DNA of 63,008 nt, filler included. It is 11 parts of 11 records of this genome, joined end to end, with 100 filler letters (N's around TTAATTAATTAA, not from the genome) between each part and the next. Parts side by side here need not be neighbours in the genome. Positions count along the whole stretch, not along the records: positions 56,670 to 63,008 come from SRR7504441_10200; 10 more parts are not named here. The stretch is one strand, 5' to 3'. A model generated the notes under the pieces. The model did no database searches, was not told where the DNA came from, and saw only the letters and a program-made list of their open reading frames with translations. This document shows positions 57,545 through 63,008 of this stretch, piece after piece. The translations under genes and the position numbers were made by a program. Each line of letters starts with the position of its first letter. Position 1 is the first letter of the stretch.

Positions 57545-60500
57545 ATGACCGAAGTAGTCGCGAACGGACCGCCCACCCAGCAGCCGGACACAGCCGATGG
57601 CCGCAAAGACCGCAAGCCGCGCGAGCGCAAACCGCGCGAGCGCAAGCCGATCCCCGAGTTCGAGGACCCGCAGGCCGCTTTGGAAGAGGCGCGCGGCTGG
57701 GGCCGGGCCGGGGCGAGCGCCGGGCGGCAGGCGCTCGCGGCGCTGGGCCAGCGGCCGGATCGGACCGGGCTGGAGGCCAAGATCGCTGGGCTCCAGGACG
57801 GAATCGACTCGAACAAGCGCCGGTGGGCCGGCCGGCTGGGCCAGGGCCGAGTGGCGGGGCAGCCAGGATGACCTCACCCGGAGCATCGAGGCCGCCAAGA
57901 GCCAACAGTCGGCCCAGCGGTGGGCCGGGCGGGCGGGCGGGCGGTGAGAGGGGGGTGCAGCCAGAAGGGCCACTCCGCGATGGAAGGCGTGCGCGAGCAG
58001 CTCCGTGCGATCAAGGCAACTGTTGTCGGGCTGTTCCAGGAGCGCAAGACCATCCAAGCCCAGCTGAGCGAGGTGGCCGGCCCGGCCGGGGCGGGATGAC
58101 CGGGGGCGGCAGGTGAGCTCTAACCGGTCCGAGCAGTCGGCTGCGATCAAAAAGCAGCAAGGCATGTGTGGGCGGTTCAAGTCCGAGGATCAGATCGACG
58201 ACGCCATCAGGTGCGAGCGCGGCTAGGCCGGGGGGCGAGCGGTGCGCAGCGAGATGGAGAACAAGATGATGCACAGCAGCATGAGCATCAAGGAGGAGAA
58301 GGCCATGCTCCGCCAGGTGAGGAGCCGGCCCACAGAGCGGCTGAGCCGCTGAGGCAGATCAAAGACCTGAACGGGCAGCGGGACGAGGTGAAGAAGCTGC
58401 AGAAGCTGCTCTCCCTCAAGGGGGCCACCGCGGACGGGGTGTCGATCGACGAGATGAAGGCCAAGCGGAGCGAGATCGACGGGCAGCTCGACACAGTCAG
58501 GGCGCAGGAGAAGGAGCTCGTGTCGCAGCTCGAAGCTCTCAGGGCACAGTACGTGCCCAAGGAGGGCGGGAGCAACAAGATCGGTACGCCCCACCCCTCC
58601 CCGCGCCCGCGACCGAGCTATGATTAATTAGCACCGCTGAGCTGAACCATGCGGAGCTCTAGTGTTGGTATCTACATGTATGAGCTACTCGAGCCCGTGG
58701 CCGGCCGGCCGGCGGGCGGGCTGGTGTCTGAGCGGAGGGCAGGCGAGATGCTCGACCAGCGTAAGGCGCTCAAGGAGTCGGTGGCGGGGAGCATCAAGGC
58801 GATCAAGGCAATGCGCGACGCGCACTTCAAAGAGGAGGACGCGTGGTATGACCAGGATCGGCTGGTCAAAGGGATCAAGTATCAGGTAGCTGCCCCTCCT
58901 AGACCGGCTGGCTCCGCGGGATGAGGACTAAGATTCACTGCGTTCTTCATGATCCTCTATATAGTACCGAAAGGGAAACGGAACTGATTAGTGTGATTCT
59001 GCAATGCTGACTGCCCTAGCTCAGCTCGGCCTCCCCCTGATGGCTGGCGGGCTGTGTGAGCCGGCGGCTGGCAGATCAAGCAAGCCAACCTCAAGAAGCG
59101 CCAGGAGAGGATGGCTGAGGCTGCAGCAGCAGGCGAGGAGCTCGAGGAGAACGACGAGGACAAGGAAGACATGGACTGGGAGGTTGGTGTTGTTATGATT
59201 ATCATTATTCACTTATGATCAGGTGGCCGATCGGATCGCGCTGTGCGAGCAGCTGATGGCCTACCTGTCCAAGTACGTGCCCAAGGAGGCGCCCAAGGAG
59301 GAGGAGGCCGCTGCACCGGTCGAGCACCCGGAGGACGCGGGCGTGGCGCACAACAAGCAGGACGCTGCAGTCCAGTTTGACGACGACCTCGGGCTGTCGA
59401 TGTTCTACAACGAGAACCCGACCAACAAGAAGCGCGACAAGAAGAAGGACAAGCGCAAGGCCAAGCACGCAGCCAAGCTCGTCCCGACTGAGGAGTACGG
59501 CCCGGTGGCCATCCCGCTGCTGCTCGACACGCTGGAGCAATTCCGGAAGCTGTCGCTGAACGCGCCGACCACCAGCGCGGATGTGGGCGGGGCGATCAAG
59601 GCTTTGACGGAGAAGGCGGCCTACTTCAAGGAGCTTGGAATGCAGGGCAAAACGCTCAAGGACATCCAGAAGATGGAGAAGGCAGCGCGCAAGAAGCCGG
59701 ATAAGAAGCCCGCCAAGGAGGACAAGAAGCCCGCCGAGGAGGACAAGCAGGAGGACATCGAGGATCCTCCCGAGGAGGAGGAGGAGGAACCCGAGGAGGA
59801 GCCTGAGCCGGAGAAGGTGGATGCGGCTGCAGCCAAGGCCAAAGCGGCCCAGGAGGCGACCGCTCAGGAGGCAGCCGAGCTGGAGGCGGAGGCGCTGTCT
59901 GACGGCGAAAGCAAGACGGCGATGCACGTGTTCGAGATGCTGGACAAGGACAAGAGCGACTCGGTCGAGAGCGATGAACTTGTGCTGCTGCACTCAGAGG
60001 CTAACAGGAAGCGGTTCATGGAGTGGGTCGACGCCAACAGCGACGGGCACATCTCGCAGCAAGAATGGCTCACCCACCTGGCCAAGCGCAAGGAGGAGCT
60101 CGGGGCTGAGAGCTTTGGGCTGCACCTGGCGCAGCTTGAGGTAGCGCTCGCCGAGCAGAGCAGCGGGTCCGGACTCAAGAACCAGGCGTTCGTGTTCATC
60201 AAGCCACACGCAGTGACCGATCAGGTCAAGGCCTTGGTCAGCGCCGGGCTGGCCGAGCACAAGATCACCGTGCTGAGCGAGGGCTCGATCGCGTCGGAGC
60301 AGATCGACGAGAAGAAGTTGATTGACCAGCACTACTTTGCGATCGCGTCCAAGGCGACCATCCTGCAGCCGCACCAGCTGAACGTGCCGGAGGACAAGTT
60401 CGAGGAGAAGTTTGGGCTGAGCTGGCACCAGGCGCTCGACGAGAAGCAGGTGTACAACGCGATGGACGGCTGCATGAAGCTCGCGATCGACGCCGACGAG

Positions 60501-61412
60501 ATGGACCGGCTGTGGGCAGTTAGCAAGAAGGCAGGCAGCATGATCAAGTTTGGCGGTGGCTTCTACTGCGGGCTGGTCGAGGCCGAGGGCAAGCCGCCGA
60601 TCTATGTGTTCAACGGGTTTTTCATGAGCATGCGCTCAAAGTTCACTGCGCCTGGGCTCTCGATCTACTACTACAGCGTCGAGTGGGACGCTGGCAGCCT
60701 CTCCTGGTCGGACTTCCGGTGTGCCGCCATCTCATATCAGCGCTGAGCTTGTGTGTGCAGGGGCAAGGTGCTAGGCCCCACCGACCCAGCCGAGGCGCCC
60801 GCCGACAGCCTGCGCGGCAAGGTGCTCGCGGACTGGCAGGCTCTTGGACTGGAGGCCGAGCCGAACGTGGGCGACAACGGGGTGCACGCGTCGGCCTCGC
60901 CGTTTGAGGGGCTGGCCGAGCGTTGCAACTGGATCGGAGCCTCGCTGGCAGAGGACGGATTCGGGCAGCGACTGCTCTCCGCGGGCATCTCCGAGAAGTG
61001 GCTGGTGGACGGGTGTGTCGACCCGCAGGTGCCGGACGAGGACGGCAACACCGGCAGCCTGTTTGACGCGCTCGAGGACATGGACGCTGAGCAGTGCGCC
61101 AGCAAGCTGGAGGCGCTCTTCGCATGCGCCCCGGCGGAGGAGGAGCAGCCGGAGACGCAGCCGGCGCCCGTCAAGGAGGAGGCGCCAGTGGCTGACCTCG
61201 GGGATGATGACATTGCCCGGATGCGCGCCGAGGCCAAGGCCAAGGCGGCCGAATTTGCAGCCTCGCTCACCCCGGAGGAGGCAGCCATCTACGGTGCCAA
61301 GGTGCACGTGGCGGCGTCCGCGGTCCGGGAGTCCTCCGACGAGGACGAGGAAGGCGAGGCCGACTTCTGCATGGGCGGCGAGAACGACGCGGCGCTGTTA
61401 GGCGACTACTGA
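57545..61412 (+). CDS. Bfr1/PPI1-like coiled-coil protein fused to an EF-hand pair and a nucleoside-diphosphate-kinase domain
   Basis: FKSEDQIDDAISEME...SIKEEKAMLRQIKDL and FRKLSLNAPTTSADV...ALTEK (Bfr1/PPI1-like). EF hands DKDKSDSVESDE and DANSDGHISQQE. NDK motifs AFVFIKPHA, FRGKVLGPTDP and NGVHASAS. Confidence 0.8.
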
Positions 61413-61617
61413 GCGCTGGTTGAGCAAAGCCTGGACATGATGCATAACTAGTCGAGATCGCGAAGTGCGCAACGTATTAATTTTAGACCCAGCACTAATT
61501 TAACTACAATAACTAAATCGCATTCATTCATTGGATTCATTCATTCAATCTAATATCAGTATACTGTAATATTTCGCTGTGGATTGCACACCTCCTTCAT
61601 TAAATCCTACTTTTGTG

Positions 61618-63008
61618 TTAGTAAGATATGCTAGTGTCCTTTTCAAGCAGAAGGTGATGGAATCTTGCGCCTTCACGGTATTGCGGCAGCGGGCTGTTCT
61701 GATGTGAGTAAAGAATCTCGCTCTGGTTCCCAATCCCGCATGCACTGAGCGTCTGGTCATCGCGGTCCAAAGCTGGTGGACCGGCACCTCCGCTGAAGAA
61801 TAGCCCGAAGAAGGTGTATGGCCAACCTTGGTCCTCCACCAGTCGCTCTTTCAGAGTCTGAACGGTGTCGCCCGGGTGGAGATCGTCAACGTACACTGTT
61901 GGACCAGCACCGAAAGCAGGCTTCACCGACACACTGAACGCCGCTGCTGCTGTGGCGGCTGTGGAGGAAGAGTCACCACCCCTGGGTGCCGCAGCACTGC
62001 CGCCGTCACGGAGACGAAGCACAAGGTGCAGCGTGGCGCCGTCGTGGACGCCAATGCTGTCAAGAAGGTCTGAATCGCGGGGCTGCATCCCATTCCAAAT
62101 TAGCCTTTGCTGATCAACAGGACATGAGCCGCCCTCGAAAGATTTGTCCGCAATCTTATACTTCACATCCATAACAGTATCTGATCCTTGGACGGCCAGC
62201 GTCACAACAACTCCCGATAATGCCCGGACGTAGATTTGTCCAGCCCACCCAGCTGGCTGCGACCCACTCCTCGCAAGCTGGTCTTGGCGGATCCGTTCGG
62301 CAGCAGACAAAGTGCGCTGCATTGCTGCGGTGGGCAGTCCTCGGTGTGGCAGTACCGGTACTTCTAATAACGGCAACTGAAATCTCCAGAAGCTCCTGGC
62401 CGCCTACCGACGGATACAGCAGCGTGGAAGATGCCACAGAGCCGACAAGAAGCGAGGCAGGTTGGCCTCCTCTCCCGGAGGGAGAGGAGAGAGAGAGCCG
62501 CTCGCAACGCCCGAATTGGCATGCTTGTGGACTACCATCTACACCGAGCGATACTCGTCCGGGTCGAGGCCAGTCCTCGAGAACTCATTGCCGACGTCTG
62601 CGCCAGTCTCAGCCCCGTCTGCCGCGTCAGGCCCCAAGTCGTCCGTGCGCGGATCGCCCGGCAGGTCGCCGAGGGCCGCCTGGGCCAGTCGCCCGACGGC
62701 TCGATGGTGAGGGACCAAGCGGGGTGTGGCAATCCCCTAGCTGAGCTCCGCTGGCAGAGAATACTCGCAGAGCGCCAAGAGTGCGCAGATCAGGCCGGTG
62801 CGGATGGCGTGCCACCAATGGGGCCGCTGGAGGCCGCCAGCCCTGTCATCGACCGTCCGCCTGCATGGTGGACTTATCCAGATGGCGGGGCATTGGACGA
62901 TCCCAGACCCTCAAACTATACACAAGAACAGACCGTCCCCGGACTTCTCGCGGGGTTGGACGACCATGTGCTCGGTGTATGCGTCCGCTGGCTGCCGGTG
63001 CACCCCAG
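61618..63008 (-). CDS. Protein with two C-terminal ubiquitin-like domains; upstream exons unresolved
   Basis: QIYVRALSG...DQQRLIWNG...TLHLVLRLRDGG, plus a second Ubl (DTVQTLKERL...DDQTLSACGI) in ORF 61618-62376. Confidence 0.65.

Noticed and set aside
3112-60428. Many long antisense or alternative-frame ORFs (e.g. 3112-4473, 24498-25610, 28483-29907, 59205-59993)
   Set aside because: They are shadow ORFs expected from high GC3. They are Ala/Arg/Pro-rich, have no motifs and lie opposite well-supported genes.
1-63008. Gene neighbourhood across the window as an operon or cluster (e.g. GH27, GH29 and GT62 glycan genes)
   Set aside because: The genes lie on different contigs joined artificially, so adjacency across spacers has no meaning.

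Overview
This window is not one locus. It is 11 short contigs (about 3-7 kb each) joined by ten artificial 100-bp spacers (44N-TTAATTAATTAA-44N). The DNA is from a gene-dense, GC-rich eukaryote, most likely a protist, with very short spliceosomal introns (mostly 33-45 nt), many of which use GC rather than GT donors. About 35 genes or gene fragments can be reconstructed by hand. They include a P5B-ATPase, GH27, GH29, S10 carboxypeptidase, ALDH3, CAPZB, NAA50, a VAMP7-like SNARE, a cyclin U/PHO80, a USP deubiquitinase, two Rieske oxygenases, PhzF, GT62 and a TupA-like ATP-grasp protein. The strongest hidden signal is a selenoprotein that the ORF track misses. It is a glutaredoxin-fold/membrane-domain fusion (36881-38057) with an in-frame TGA at 37920 and a well-formed type II SECIS hairpin with an unusual UUGA core at 38111-38169. 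Other points of interest are several unusual domain fusions (Bfr1/PPI1-EF-hand-NDK; PH-DEP-DEP-TM-CRAL/TRIO; multi-TM non-RD kinase; PUB-UIM-USP; tandem Orai-like 4-TM repeats) and a TAC-NN-GTA motif family enriched in AT-rich non-coding DNA. I saw no rRNA, tRNA, CRISPR array or intact transposon. Family assignments come from recognised motifs only, and no database search was run.
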